The position numbers and the translations under genes are program-made. A DNA stretch of 63,373 bases, filler included, from Chiloscyllium plagiosum (taxonomy: Eukaryota): NCBI RefSeq assembly GCF_004010195.1. It is 4 parts of one record of this genome, joined end to end, with 100 filler letters (N's around TTAATTAATTAA, not from the genome) between each part and the next. Parts side by side here need not be neighbours in the genome. Positions count along the whole stretch, not along the records: positions 24,713 to 45,579 come from NC_057710.1; positions 45,680 to 60,259 come from NC_057710.1; 2 more parts are not named here. One strand, 5' to 3'. The notes beneath the pieces are model-generated. The model did not search any database, was not told the DNA's origin, and saw only the letters and a list, made by a program, of their open reading frames with translations. Within the stretch, counting starts at the first letter, position 1; every line of letters begins with the position of its first letter. This document shows, piece after piece, positions 39,341 through 52,795 of this stretch.

Positions 39341-40977
39341 GTTTGGGTATGGGGACCAATTTTCCAAGTTTCTGGATTCTGTTCACACTGACACCTATTA
39401 CTCCAATTTATATTCCACCTATCACCTTATTTCCCAACTTAACTAGTCCATTGATATCCCTGCAGTCTGCAGATGTCTTCCTAACTATCCAGCAAGAATT
39501 TCAGTGTCTCTTAAATAAAATGGTGTTTCAGAGGCAACTGGTTTAGGATAACCCATGTGGAATGCTTATGTTATCAAGTGATCAAAGTAGCCATATTTTG
39601 GTCAGTAGTGTCCTTTTGAAAATCATTTGGGTTTGAAATAGGCCTGACATTTTCCTTAACTAACCATTTGCATTTTGTGTCAGAGTTCCTTGGTTTTACT
39701 TCTGAATATATTTCATGTCCTTACTTAGCTTCCCCAATATCCTTTCAAATTTCATCTCAATTTCATATACTTCTGAAGAATTGCAACATATAAATTACCA
39801 GAAATAATGTGGTCTAAATCTCAAATTTGCACCCAAATTGGCTTTTATTCAACTCAGTCTGGGATTTATACGTTTGATAGCTTTGCTGTTGAACAGTATA
39901 CACCGGGTCCTTAAATGTAGAAGCATGGAATCACATTAAGTTTAATGTGATGCATCAGTTTGAGCCAATCTGAATATAAATGGCCATTTTTCTAAAATGA
40001 TTTCACTTGTGCCATTGATGGGAACTCATCAAAGCCTATACTGAGTTCTGCAATACTTCGATGCATTATTCATTGATAGAAAGGCTGAAGAAATGTCGCA
40101 TTTGTCTCAGCTGAACCATAAATAATGGTATGCAATTATCACACAAGGCTTTATTGGTAGCTTTGAAATTGCATACTGCTTGTGCATTCCCAGAATTGAA
40201 ACCTTTTCTGCTAATGTTCCTACGCACACATATAAAAGTGGCGTAAATGTAATTAATTTACCAAATTTATGACACAGCTGAAAGGGAAAGGAAAGTCTAA
40301 AGGGAGTGCATTTTGTTTCAGTTATCCAGTTCGTACTCAGGTAAAGCAAGACTTTTATTTGGGCAGTTTCAGGGTAATTTAAGCTCATTGTAACCAATAT
40401 TCCCTTTACTCTTGTGGTGCAGTGAAATGAGACATCTAGGTTTGAGCCCTACCTACTCCAGAGGTATGTAAAAGCATCTCTGAACAGATTGACTGGGAAA
40501 ATAGGTTGAATAAAAACATTCAGTTGCAGCACATGGCCCTAACTTTTTGATACACAATCTTGTTCTTTTTTTTTGTGTGGATAAAGCACACAGCCCATTC
40601 ATCCCATGTTAAAGCCTCCCTGATGTGTTCCAGGCTGCTGCATGGCTAGACACCCATACCATTGGCTGAAACTTACATTTGAAAGTCAGTTGGATTGAGT
40701 TGCACGGAGGGTTTCCTTTTTGTGAGGGCTAATGTGATTTCTCGTGGCATTTTATCAAAGTCTTGTTAACTACCAGACTGACCAAATAGCGCCTCCCTTA
40801 GGCCACTCTACCAATTCATCACCACCAGGACATCCTGCAATGGACTGGCATCCCTGGCACTGTCACCATTTTCAAAAAGCCTTTGTGCACCCAGTCAAGT
40901 ACTGCTAGTCCATTTAGCCTTGTGTAGTTCCTGACATTTGTCCCAACCAAAGAGAACATTTGCAGAGAAGAGAACAT

Positions 40978-41195
40978 TTGTATCCCGTTTTGCTGGCAGG
41001 GACTTGGAGGTCCAGCTGGACAGAGAGGTGGTGATTCAGGATATCCTGTATACCCAGGACCAGCAGTGAAGGCCACAATACCAGAACATGCCAGCCTGGT
41101 CTGAGGTTACCACCCTGATCAGTGCAGTGTCAATCATCTGGAAGAATACACTGCTATGTGGGAGAAAATTCAATGATGTTCTTCATTCGTCCAGT
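40978..41195 (+). pseudogene. Harbinger-type Myb/SANT DNA-binding gene remnant
   Basis: RFAGRDLEVQLD..DILY..*..AWSEVTTLISAVS..KNTLLCGRKFNDV fits the MSANTD/NAIF1-like trihelix pattern; one in-frame stop. Confidence 0.65.
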
Positions 41196-42399
41196 ATATT
41201 CGCCACTAACATCTCTCTGATACCTCACTCTCACGCTCTCTGGACGTTTGCACGCATCTTCCGCCAAGGCTCATGCTCAATCTCCCACATTAATGCTTGC
41301 AACGTCTTCCCAATCACTCTCACCAACAGCACTAACCTTGCATGCCCTCTATGCTTCCTAGTGACTTATTTGGGACACTTGCCACTTCCACCAAAAGTAC
41401 CCACTGTGCCATCCACTTTCATCTCTTCTAATACCTACTTATGGCAGAAACAGACAAGGCGAGTTGTGGGCAGCCTGATGTTAGTGTTTCATCCATTGTG
41501 AGGAGAGGTTCCTGCTTCCAATGTCCCTGACTGGCTAACTGGCTATGCCCAAGCCCTTGGACTGGTATCAAAGGCTGCTCTTGACTTACTGTGCCAGAAC
41601 CCACTAACCAAAGGTTATCTTCTTTCGACTTGAGAGAAACTGCTGACAACATAAATAAACTTTCTGGTACTTTTTTTCTGTGCCAAACAGCATGAATACA
41701 GCAGGACAATGGGCTTTGTATCTCTCTCTGACTGACAGTCAAAATGCAAAAAGGCTTGGCAATGATAGGCAGGAATGCTGTAAGCATCTAGACAGGCTCA
41801 AAGTGAGTGAAAGCAAAGAGATGCCTGGTCTACTTCAGGCACTAACAGTGTGCTCCTGAACATAAATTGTCCTTGTTGCAGCATTGCAATGACATTTGCC
41901 ATTGAGCCCTGAGTTCAGCAATGAAGTGAATAAGCATGCTGCCAGTGGATCAGAGGTGTGCCATGAGGGATGTTAAATGCTGGCACATGTTGGACATGAG
42001 GTGGGTGCAGCCTGTGTCCATGGATCTTGCCCTGAATGTTGTTGCCTGGAGACCCTTTGGAGCAATTGGCAACTTGAAGACACCATGTATCTGCTCTGAC
42101 TTCCATGTTTGCTCACAGTGGGTGGTACAATTGAAAGCTGAGTGTTATTAAAGAGAGATTGAAAATTAACAAGGTTGTTAATAATCAATAATCTCCCTTA
42201 ATAGGCAACTCAGCGCTGCCTACTGAGAATCACACCTTGACACCTGGAGCTTAGTTGAAAATGCAAAGTTATCTTATAGTCATTTTATTGTCATAAAACA
42301 CTTTCGCTTCACCAATTAAGGTGTGGCAAAACTTCTGTCTCTAAGCAATTTGGTCTGTGGCTGTCAAGGTGACCATGGCTTTAATTCATATGGAATTTG

Positions 42400-43100
42400 A
42401 CCATGGTTTTCCCTGTGACAGCTGGAGATAAAAGCAACCTCTGAAACTCCGCAGTACAAGGATTCATAATTGAGTTTGCTCAGATTCTATTTACATAAAG
42501 GCAGCATCAAAAATAAGGAGTTGGAGCAGAAACAAAGGATTTCATCAGATTATACACTGACCCATGGTGCAGGGTTCCATTGATTACAAGCAACTTTTGC
42601 TCCAGACACCTCACCTGAATATAACCATTTCATCAGCCGGAAAAGATTCCACTACCTAAATTGGCAACTGGGGTGAGACCAATAGGTACTCTGTCATCCA
42701 TTTGAATCCTGGGTATATTAGCAGTTCTGTACTCTGCAGCAATCCTTTGTGCCAAATTTGACCACTGCTATAAATGGAAAGCTAAGTACTGGGCACCACA
42801 TCTTATACACTCATGGCATGGCTCATGGTTCAGTTTAAGAACTATTATCCATTTCCACAGCAGGCCTATATGAGAGCTATAAAGAATACTATGGAGCACA
42901 CCATCAACAACCTTAAGTCAACTTTTCTAGGCTACCTGGTGAAGCTCTATAATATTTTGTTGAACGGGTATCAGGATTAGTTGTTATAAGCAGCACAATC
43001 GGTCCAGCATGAGGAAACAGCCCTTTCCACCAGCTATCAGGTGACAAGCTATGGTGGAGCAGGAGGAGAAAGTGCAACAGAAAGTGAAGGAACATGAAGA
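42400..43100 (+). pseudogene. Highly decayed PIF/Harbinger (HARBI1-like) DDE transposase
   Basis: Remnants of SRKRFH.LN.QL, PG, MAWLM, EHTI..LK..F, AL*Y..ERVS.LVV; acidic purine-rich tail. Confidence 0.55.
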
Positions 43101-43729
43101 GGAAGAGATGATATAAAGAAGAGAGCATCTTTCAACCCCAGCTCCTTATTATCAAACAGATAACAAAAAAATAGTCAATGCCCCCAACCATACTTTCCAC
43201 ATTTCCTCTATCACTATAGCATCAGCACCTTTTCAACAAGTAAAGCCGATAAGAAAATACATACTCCATTCAAGATTATAAATTAAATCATGAAATAATT
43301 TGCAGGAATGCAAACCTAGTCATAATTTGGGGGCAGTCCCTTAGTTCCTGGCTTCTGTGTTCCTTTGTCCTGCTTGTGCTTCTCCATAATGCCTCCATGA
43401 TGCTGCAGCATTACTAGCGGGAGGCTGCTGACCTTCAACTGAGCAGAGGGCGGATGAGCTTGGAGGTAGATGTCGAGCTGTTCTGGGCTTTGAAAACCTA
43501 GCTTCAGACTGCACAGCTCAGCGTGAATAGCTGCAGATGCAGACCTGAAACAGAATCAAGTTCTCTCCATAGATTCTGCCAGAGCTCCTGAATATTTTCA
43601 GCTTGTTTCTATTTATAGCTGGTAAACCATGATAGACTTCTTCCTCCTGAAAAAGAAGCTTTGAACTGATTGAAGTAAGTGTTATTGAAATTAGGTATAA
43701 GACTTACTGCTCACAGAGAAAAAAGAGAA

Positions 43730-43990
43730 GGCAGTGGAGTGGGAATAATGACACTGGATGAGGCCCAAGCAAAGGTTACTAATTCAAATCCCACTTTGTA
43801 ACTGGTGGAATTTAAATTCAATTAACAAAAATAAGGAGCATGCTTCAGGAATGGTGGCCAACGAAAGCACAATCATTCACTGTAAAAAACCATATGGTTC
43901 ACTAGCATCCTTTAGGGAAGTAATCTGCAGGTTTCATTTGACACTGGATCCACAACAATGTGGTTTATTCTTTAATGTCCTTTAAATTGG
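43730..43990 (+). mobile_element. Decayed SacSINE1-like SINE
   Basis: GGTTCACTAGCATCCTTTAGGGAAG and ATCCACAACAATGTGG core. Confidence 0.55.
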
Positions 43991-44879
43991 TCGAGCGAGC
44001 CATGTAGATATACCAAATCATACAGAAATGTAATACAGTCTTTACCTTGGACTAGAAATGACAATGGCACACCCTGCACTGTCAACCCGATAAAACCCTA
44101 CTTACTAATGCCTGTGTATGTATGCCAAAATGGATAAGCTGTCCAACAACCCAGTAGAGAAACAGCCTGACACAATCATTCACATGGAACTGTACCTTAC
44201 AGATAATGGCACAGATATGTTCAGTTGTATCAAATCGTTATTAAGAGAAAGGAAAGGAGAGAAACTGAACAGATGCCTGGCATCAACCTTCGCACTGAAA
44301 ATGACAATGGCCAATCCATACTGCAAACCTTCACAGTCATCCCATGTGTCAATATTGGAAGAGCTGTCCTACAGGCTGATCAAGTAACAGCTTGATATAA
44401 TCTCATTGTCTTTAAGATACAATCAATGTGCCTGACACCACCATCAGCACCTTGGGTATATCTTATTACATCAATTTGACAGATCCACAAGAGGTGGTGG
44501 CACAGTGGGTTACGGTCATGAGGGTGTTGTCCTGGAACACTTCAACATTGATACTGGATCCATGAAGCCAGATGGCATCAGGTCAAATGTTGATAAGGAA
44601 GCCTCTGCCCCTTTTGGCTGATGAATATGCCTCCTCCATGTTGAATACAAATCTGAAGAAACGTTGTGGATGGCAAGGGCAGAGGATGCACTCAGGATGA
44701 GAGACTTCAACAATATCCATCACCAAGAAAGACTCGACAGAACTACTACTTACTGGGTTGGCCAATTCCTAAAGGGTATAGTTTCTAGACTTGGCCCATG
44801 GCATGTGTTAAGGGAGCCAACAAGAGGGCAAACCAATCTACCTGCTGCAGTGTATTTATCCATGACATATTGGTAGGAG

Positions 44880-46272
44880 TTGAAAAGTATGGCAGGAGTT
44901 GAAAAACACAGCAGGCAGGCAACATCTGAGGATCAGGAGAGTCGATGTTTTGGGCATAAGCTCTTCATCAGGAATGTGGAGGGGAAGGGCACTGAAGGAT
45001 AAATATAATGTTGGGGTGGGGGAAGTTAGCTGGGAAGGCAATAGATGGATGCAGGTGGGGGGTGACGGTGATTGGATGGAGAGGAGGGTGGTAGTGGATG
45101 GGTGAGAAGGAAGATGGACAGGTAGGACAGTTCAAGAGGGCAGTGCCATGTTGGAGGGTTGGACCAGGCATGAGGTGGGAGGAGGAAAGATTTGGAAACT
45201 GGTGAAGTTGATGTTAATGTCATAGAACATAGAAAAATACAGCGCAGTACAGGCCCTTTGGCCCTCGATGTTGCGCCGATTCAAGCCCACCTAACCTACA
45301 CTAGCCCACTATCCTCCATATGCCTATCCAATGCCCATTTAAATGCCCATAAAGAGGGAGAGTCCACCACTGCTACTGGCAGGGCATTCCATGAACTCAC
45401 GACTCGCTGAGTAAAGAATCTACACCTAACATCTGTCATATACCTACCACCCCTTAATTTAAAGCTATGCCCCCTCATAATAGCTGACTCCATACGTGGA
45501 AAAAGGTTCTCATGGTCAACCCTATCTAAACCCCTAATCATCAAGTCACCCCTAAACCTTCTTTTCCCCAATGAAAACANNNNNNNNNNNNNNNNNNNNN
45601 NNNNNNNNNNNNNNNNNNNNNNNTTAATTAATTAANNNNNNNNNNNNNNNNNNNNNNNNNNNNNNNNNNNNNNNNNNNNCTCTGACCCTACTAAAACATT
45701 TAAACCCTGGAACCTGCAACAGCCAATCCTGTCCCTGTTCTACCCGTGTCTCCGTAATAGCCACAACATCGAAATCCCAGGTACCAACCCACGCTGCAAG
45801 TTCATGTGGTTGGAGGTTCCCGGTACGGAAGATGAAGCATTCTTCTTCCAGTTGATGAGTGGCTTTGATTTGGCAGTGGAGGAGTCCCAGGACTTGCATG
45901 TCCTTGGGGTAGTTAGAGGGGGAGTTGAAGTGGTATCTCGCCCCAGACCTCTCCCCCCACCTCCGTCCAAGGGGCCCTAAAGGATCATTTCAAATCCTGC
46001 CCTACCTGCCCATCTTCCTTCCCACCTATCTGCTTCACCCTCCCCATTGACCTATCAGTTACCTCCCACCTATATCCCATTTACCTTCCCCCCAGCCCCA
46101 CACCCACCCCACTATTTATCTCTCAGCCTCCTTCCCCTTCGACATTTCTGATGAACGGATTTTCCTGAAATGTTGATTCTCCTGCTCCTCGGATGCTGCC
46201 TGACCTGCTGTGTTTTTCCAGTGTCACATTTTGCGACTCTGACTCTCCAGCACCTGCAGTTCTCACTTTCTC
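44880..46272. mobile_element. Inverted Penelope-like composite with two decayed hammerheads (- 44941-44975; + 46144-46178) and a GIY-YIG remnant
   Basis: 14-bp TSD CATATTGGTAGGAG (44866-44879 / 46273-46286); MQVLGLLH..LEEECFIFRTGNLQP at 45806-45900 (-). Confidence 0.85.
45221..45805 (-). mobile_element. Young CR1 inserted in the Penelope composite, spanning a linker gap
   Basis: Nearly identical to 24289-24612; the 5' side reads ELAAWVGTWDFDVVAITET (endonuclease N-terminus). Confidence 0.9.
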
Positions 46273-47807
46273 CATATTGGTAGGAGCGACCACCACACAG
46301 TCATTGGAGACATGAAGTCCCATATTCACATTGAAAGCATTCTCCATCATACTGTGGGGCATTATCACAATGCTAAATGTGATCGATTTGGAACAATCTG
46401 GTAACTAAAAAGTGGGAATCCATGAGGTACTATAATCCACCAGCAGTAGCCACAGAATTGTATTCAATCACAATCTGTAACCTCATGGCCCAGGATATTC
46501 TCCATGATTGCATTACCATCAAGCAAAGGGATTAACTCTGGTTCAATGAAGAGTACAGAATATATTAGGAACAACATCACTCATATCTAAAAAATGACAT
46601 GTCAACCTGGTGAAGCTATATAAAGTGATTCAATGCATGCATACAGAACAAGCAGATTGATCTGATGGATAGAGTTAGGTAATTGACAACCAACAGATCA
46701 GGTCTAAGCTCTGCAATCCTGCCACAGCCAGTGGGGTGAACAATTAATCAACAAAGAGGTGGAGGAAGCACCACCAAAATCTATATCCTCACTGATGGTG
46801 GAGCCCAGCACATAAGTGCAAAATATAAGTTGAAGCATTTACAATAATCTTCAGCCAGAAATGCTGAGTGGATGATCCACCTCGACTTCCTGCAGAGATC
46901 CTCAGCTTCACAGATGCCAGACTTCAGCCAATTTGATTCACTCCATGTGATATTAAAAACTGGCTGAAGGCACTGAACATGGCAAAGGCAATACCATCCT
47001 CCCTTTGAATGTAGTCTGTTGTTTAGTTACCACCAACCTCATCTTCCAGTCAATAATACCTAACTCTGTTCTTATCCCATTGAAGTCAGCTCCTCACCAA
47101 TTGACTTTTCTCTGGATTGTTTCATTTCATTCTCCACCAACCTTCCTGAACCTTATGGTACAATAACTATCTCCTAAATGTTCCCCAAAAGACACTTGAT
47201 CCACCTCATTTCCAAGGATCTGGTTCAACAATGCATCCTTTTCTTGATTGGACTGGACACATACAGCTGTAGGACACTCTCCCAAACACAATCTAGGAGC
47301 ATCTGTTGCCTGTTGCCCCCAATATCCCAGGCTATATTTGGGTAATTGAAGACCCCAGTATAATTTGTTACAACGTTCACATTTCTCTGTAATCTCCCTG
47401 AAGATTTGTTCCTCTATATCCTTCCCACCAATTGATGGACTGCACCAAGAAATGTGCTTACACTCTTGCTGTTTCTTAGGATTAGCTAAATTGACTCTAT
47501 CCTTGAACCCTCTGAGATATCCTCTTTCTCCAGCACTGCAATGATCTCCTTAACCTGTATCGCTTACCCTCCTCTTTTCTCCTCTTCTATCATTTATACA
47601 TACTTTGTCACTGGAACGTTGAACACCCAGTCTTGCCCCTCCTTTTATCACTGCAGTATCATATTTCCAAATTGCATTGTGCATTAAGTAACCTTATTTA
47701 CTTTTTTTTCACTGCCATTGGATTCAAATTCAACTCTTATCACCAACATCTCACTGTCATTATATCACGTACAATGAGTATATACTAGAAGAAAAACTCA
47801 TCAAAGG

Positions 47808-48180
47808 GGAAACAGTGGTGTTGTAGTGACATTTCTAGACTAATAATCCAGAGGTCTGCGCTCGTGTTCTGGGTAATGGATTCAAAAGGCAGCTCATTGG
47901 AATTCATTTTCAATTAATAAATGCTGAATTGAAAGTTAGTCTCAGTATTGGTGACCATGTCTCCATTGTCGATGGTTGAAAAAGTCCATCTGGTCCATTG
48001 ATGTCCTTTATCAAAGCAAATCTGCTCTCCTTACCCTGCTCCAGCTAATATGTGATATGGCTGACTCTTAACTGTTGTCTGCAATGGCCTGTAATCTACT
48101 CAGTTCCACACCAAGTAAGGATAGGCTACAAATACTGACCTTTCCAGTGACACTGACATCTCATGGAAGAATAAAGAAAG
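47808..48180 (+). mobile_element. SacSINE1-like SINE
   Basis: Same head, core and tail as 2111-2612. Confidence 0.6.
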
Positions 48181-48710
48181 AAACAAGTTTATTTTAACAG
48201 TACCTTCAGCCTTAAACCTCTACCACAGAGAAGAACAGGAGAAACAAATTCACAAGTGACTGTGAAAATATTTTCTAAAGCCCATAACATCTTGACTCGG
48301 ACGTGCACCACTATTTCTTTATAATTATAGTTTAAAACCATAGAATTCTATATCCGACACCATGTGTAAGTAAGCTCAGCACAATGACTGCAGTAATTTT
48401 ATAAATAAAACCCATTACTACTATCTCAGGACAATGACAGGCAGGCAATAAATATGAAATTTCTAACACCAGCTACACTTCAAATATGTTTTGTTTTGAA
48501 TATCAGGAAAATTAAGTCTGTCGTCTCATCTGCAGCCCAACTTTATTTGAGAAAAGGAATCCGAGCCTGAATTAATTATCTGTCAGCAGTGAGAAATTTC
48601 AGCCTCTGCTTTTTTCAGGTATGTCAAAGAAGACAGTTTCTCTTGTTTCTCAGATTGCTATTCAAGGAATGGGGTGGAGAAAAAACTTTACTAACAAGCA
48701 CAGAGAATTA

Positions 48711-49050
48711 GGAGAAAGTGAGGACTGCAGATGCTGGAGATCAGAGCTGAAAAATGTGTTGTTGGAAAATGAGAAAAGTTGGGGGGAGGGGAAATGAGGA
48801 AAGTGGAGAAATCTGCATTCATCCCTTGTGGTTGGAGGGTTCCTAAGCGGAAGATGAGGCGCTCTTCCTCCAGGCGTCGTGTTCCTATGGTCTGGCGATG
48901 GAGGATGCCAAGGAGCTGCATGTCCTTGGCAGAGTGGGAGGGGGAGTTAAAGTGTTCAGCCACGGGGCGGTTGGGTTGGTTGGTGCAGGTGTCCCAGATG
49001 TGTTCTCTGAAACGTTCCACAATGTATACATTGGGGAGACAGGCCGCCTA
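48711..49050 (-). mobile_element. Internally deleted Penelope-like element (GIY-YIG) with a short inverted 5' piece
   Basis: ERFREHIWDT..PVAEHFNSPSH..RRLEEERLIFRLGTLQPQGMN; YIGETGRLL on the + strand at 49025-49052. Confidence 0.9.
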
Positions 49051-49129
49051 CTTGAATCATACTGGCACTGAAATTCATATATCTCATTATTCCTTTGTGT
49101 ATTATGCAGAACTATTATTTTCTAGCAAG

Positions 49130-49310
49130 CCTGCAGCATTGTGTCCAACACTAGCTGTAATTCTGCAAATGCATTTGTTGGATAATCCTGAGTGTGTGAA
49201 TAATTATTCTGATGACTAATTTATTATTGTCTTTTGTGTTTGCATTGTGGCGTACTTGTGTGTACTGAAAGGTTCACAAATTAAATACAGAGGGTCCTGT
49301 TTTGCAGATG
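49130..49310 (+). mobile_element. Ancient Penelope-like GIY-YIG C-terminal remnant (different family)
   Basis: HLLDNPECVNNYSDD*F.I...VL...GPVL pattern. Confidence 0.5.
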
Positions 49311-50494
49311 GAGACCAAATACAGAATAGCTGATAGCCATTAGCTAGTTCTTTTCTCTAGACAATGTCCTAAATAATCAGATTCAACTTTCCAGGTTCAA
49401 ATTTAAGAAACATCTGGCAGATAAATGTCAAAATGATTAATCTGCATTAAATCAATATGAAATACCATAATGTATAATTGCATGAAGATCATGTAATGAG
49501 GAGTAACAACTAACATTTTGCACAAAATTATCTTGTCTTCCATCTTTCATCAAGCAGATGTGATTCTATCGCACTTGTGAGGTAGATATGTCAGCACACT
49601 CGAAAAAAATGGCAATAAGGGACTGAATTTCCTTGGAATCTCTTCTCCTGTAACATTGACAGAAATCAGGTTACAGCTAGGAAACAAAATCTCAAATGAA
49701 AAATCACTCCAAAATTTTCTTTCAGTCGTATCTGTCTTTTACACAACAGAACCAGAACAGCTAATCAAAGGAGTTTTCTTCACTGTATTTAACTCAGTCT
49801 GATTGACTCAGTGATATTGTATACTGAAGAAAAGTTTCTCAACATTGCACTGCTACAGAAAATGATATTTTAAACGTGTAAATAATCCATTGCACCTTTT
49901 TTAACATTGTTATTAATATATCTGCAATGGATCCACACTTACTGATAAACTGGCTAATGTAGCAATCCCTTTAGTGAATGTTCATAAGCATAAAAATATT
50001 GCTAGTGTGTGTTTGTGTTCACTCAGAAAGCCTGGGTTGCTGTGGCAATTTGAACCTTTAAGTGCATGATGCAGCTCAGAGCTAAAGCTAGAGGCTCCAA
50101 TATTATGACCATTACATAGCTGACCAAAAGTCTCTCCTCTTCTTATTGCCTGCTACTTACATGGATTGGAACAACTTGTAGATTGATAATCGATTTATGA
50201 ATACAGCATCCATAGCTATCAAGTTCTTACAAGGAATTCAAACTTAAAGCTTCTGGTTTAGTGTTACAGACACTTCCCACAGCATCCTTAACCCTTGTTA
50301 TGAGTAGTTGCTTAGGGATAGAATGACTCTGCTTTTTCTCCATTCCTTGTTTGATGACACAGTACTTAATTCAGAAAGAACAACATTTGTTAATTCAGTG
50401 AGGGTCCTTGTGAGCTGTTAAAATAAAGAAGAGTAGTATTTATTGCACTTAACACATTAATTGAAGTAAATTAGTAAATAAAAGATTGGTATTT

Positions 50495-51950
50495 TATGCA
50501 GTACAGTACAGGCACAGGCACAGGAACAAGCCCTTCGGTCCACTACCCAGTGCCAGTTTCCAATCCTTATTGTCTTTGCACAGTTTCTATCTTTCTGTTC
50601 ATACCTTGTCCATGCGTCTATCAAGACACGCCTTAAACATTGCTAACGTGCCTACTTCCACTGTATGCAATACTTCAAATGTGGCCTAACTAAAGTTGTG
50701 TACAGCTGTAACATAACTTGTCAACTTTTATATTTGATGCCCTGGCCAGTGGAGAGAAACACACTGTATGCCTTCTTGACCACTGTATCCACTTGTGTTG
50801 CTACTTTCAGGGATCTGGGGGCCTACACACCCAAATCTCTCTGTTTGTCAATGCTTCTAAAGGTTTTGCCATTTATTGTATAATTTGCACCTGAATTTGA
50901 ACTTCAAAAATGCATCACCTTGCATTTGTCTGGATTAAACTTCATCTGCCATTTCTCTGCCCATGTCTGCAATCTATCTATTTCCTGCTGTATCCTTTGC
51001 CAATCCTCCTCACTCTCTGCAACTCCACCAATATATATATATATTACAAACATCAAAGGTCCTAGCATTGATCCCTGCAGAACACCACTAGTTACTGATC
51101 TCCATTCTGAAAAGCACCTTGCCCCTGCTACTTTCTGTCTTCTATGACCAAGCCAGTTTCATATCCATCTAGCCAGCTCACCCCAGATCCCATGAGACTA
51201 TCATATGTAGCAGCATACCATTAGGTACTTCATCATATGCTTTACTAAAGTCCATTTAGTCAACATCCACTGCCCTTCCCTCATCGATCATTCTTGTCAC
51301 CTTCTCAAAAATCTCAATCAGGTTGGTGAGACGTGATTTTCCTCACACAAACCCATGCTGCCTATCAGTAACAAGTCCATTCACTTCCAAATGTGAATAA
51401 TTCCTGCCTCTCAGTATCTTATCCAAGACCTTCCCCACCACTGATATTAGGCTCACTGGCCTTTAATTTCCTGGATTATCTTTGTTTCCCTTCTTTAACA
51501 AAGGAATGACATTGGCCATTCTCCAGTCCTTTGGAACCTTGCTCGAGGACAAAGTGGATGCAAAAAGTATCGGTCAAAATCCCAGCTATTTCCTCCTTTG
51601 CCTCCTAAAATTTCATCAGATAGATACATCTCAAGACACCCAACTCTTCCTCCTTCATTATGTTGTCCTACCCAAGAGTATTCATGCACCTTTTCCTCAC
51701 CCCAACATCCCTCATGTCCCACTCTGGTGAATACTGATGTAACATACACATTAAGGATCTCATCCATTTTGCTGTTTCCACACAAAACCTCCGTTCCTTA
51801 TCCTTGAGTGGACCTAATCTTTCCCTAGCTACCTTCTTGCTCCTAATATATGTATAAAATGCCTTGGGATTCTCAGTAACGTTGTTGGCCAAGTCATTTC
51901 ATAGCTTCTGTTACCCTCCTAACTCCCTGTTTGAGCTGCTTCCTACTATC
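50495..51950 (-). mobile_element. CR1 LINE with internal deletions
   Basis: ENPKAFYTYIRSKKVARERLGPL, EDWRMANVIPLLKKG, SGVLQGSMLGP. Confidence 0.85.
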
Positions 51951-52795
51951 TCTACTTTTTTCATGCACACACATATACTCAAAAGGGTTGACATATGGAA
52001 AATACATATATGGCAAAGTGGGAGGACAGTTAAGTCCAGTAAATCAATGCTGTACAGATTGTGTAGATTGATGACTTTTACATTTTCAGACTCAGCTTGG
52101 TAGTATCTGGATTCAGCTTGGAGGCAATTTAAAAATGTAGACAAGCAATTTATCTTTTTCTTTCTGCAGACAACAGTTGCTGGGTTGATTCTTAAAATAT
52201 TATTTGTGCATGCAATTGGTCAAATAATAGGCAGGACTTCAGCTTGCGAAATGATACACAGCGAATGCAAGACAGTGTAAGTATTATGGGGTGCTGCTTC
52301 TACTGTTACTCTCCTTTTGTTCTGTGGCCCATAGAAAATAGTTTATCAATTATAAAAGAGGAGTTTTAGGTATCTCATCGTATGATCCCATCTCATCAAC
52401 TAACCTGTTCCTTAAACATAGACATAAGTTGATTATAGGCCTTTGTTAAATGATTGAATTATGGCTGGGTAAGTTCCTTTATCAGCCAGAGTCCCATTGT
52501 ACAACATGATTGTATCTAATGCTTGTTTCATCTGGATGATTTGTAAATGGACCAGGCAATGGTCAGCTCATGCTCTTCTGAAGTGATTGTCTCTGATGGA
52601 GTTTTGTAGACAGGCTCACAACAATGCAAATGCTTTGCAATCTTAGCAGGTTTTTAGTTATATTTTAAAATAATGCTACTGTTCATTCTTTTCAAGCTCA
52701 ATCAGTTGTTCTCATCCCAATAAAGATAGAAATAGGTTTTGATATAAAGCATATCTTTATAACAGCCATAATGAACTAAAAGACATCCTTGAAAC

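Larger units (their letters stand above)
44040..46990 (+). mobile_element. Old CR1/L2-clade LINE endonuclease/linker region (host of the Penelope composite)
   Basis: DFNNIHHQE, VREPTRG, IGRSDHHTV split by the TSD CATATTGGTAGGAG. Confidence 0.65.

Noticed and set aside
48536..48618. AG...GTATGT exon-like segment
   Set aside because: Stop codons in all three frames and no other support.
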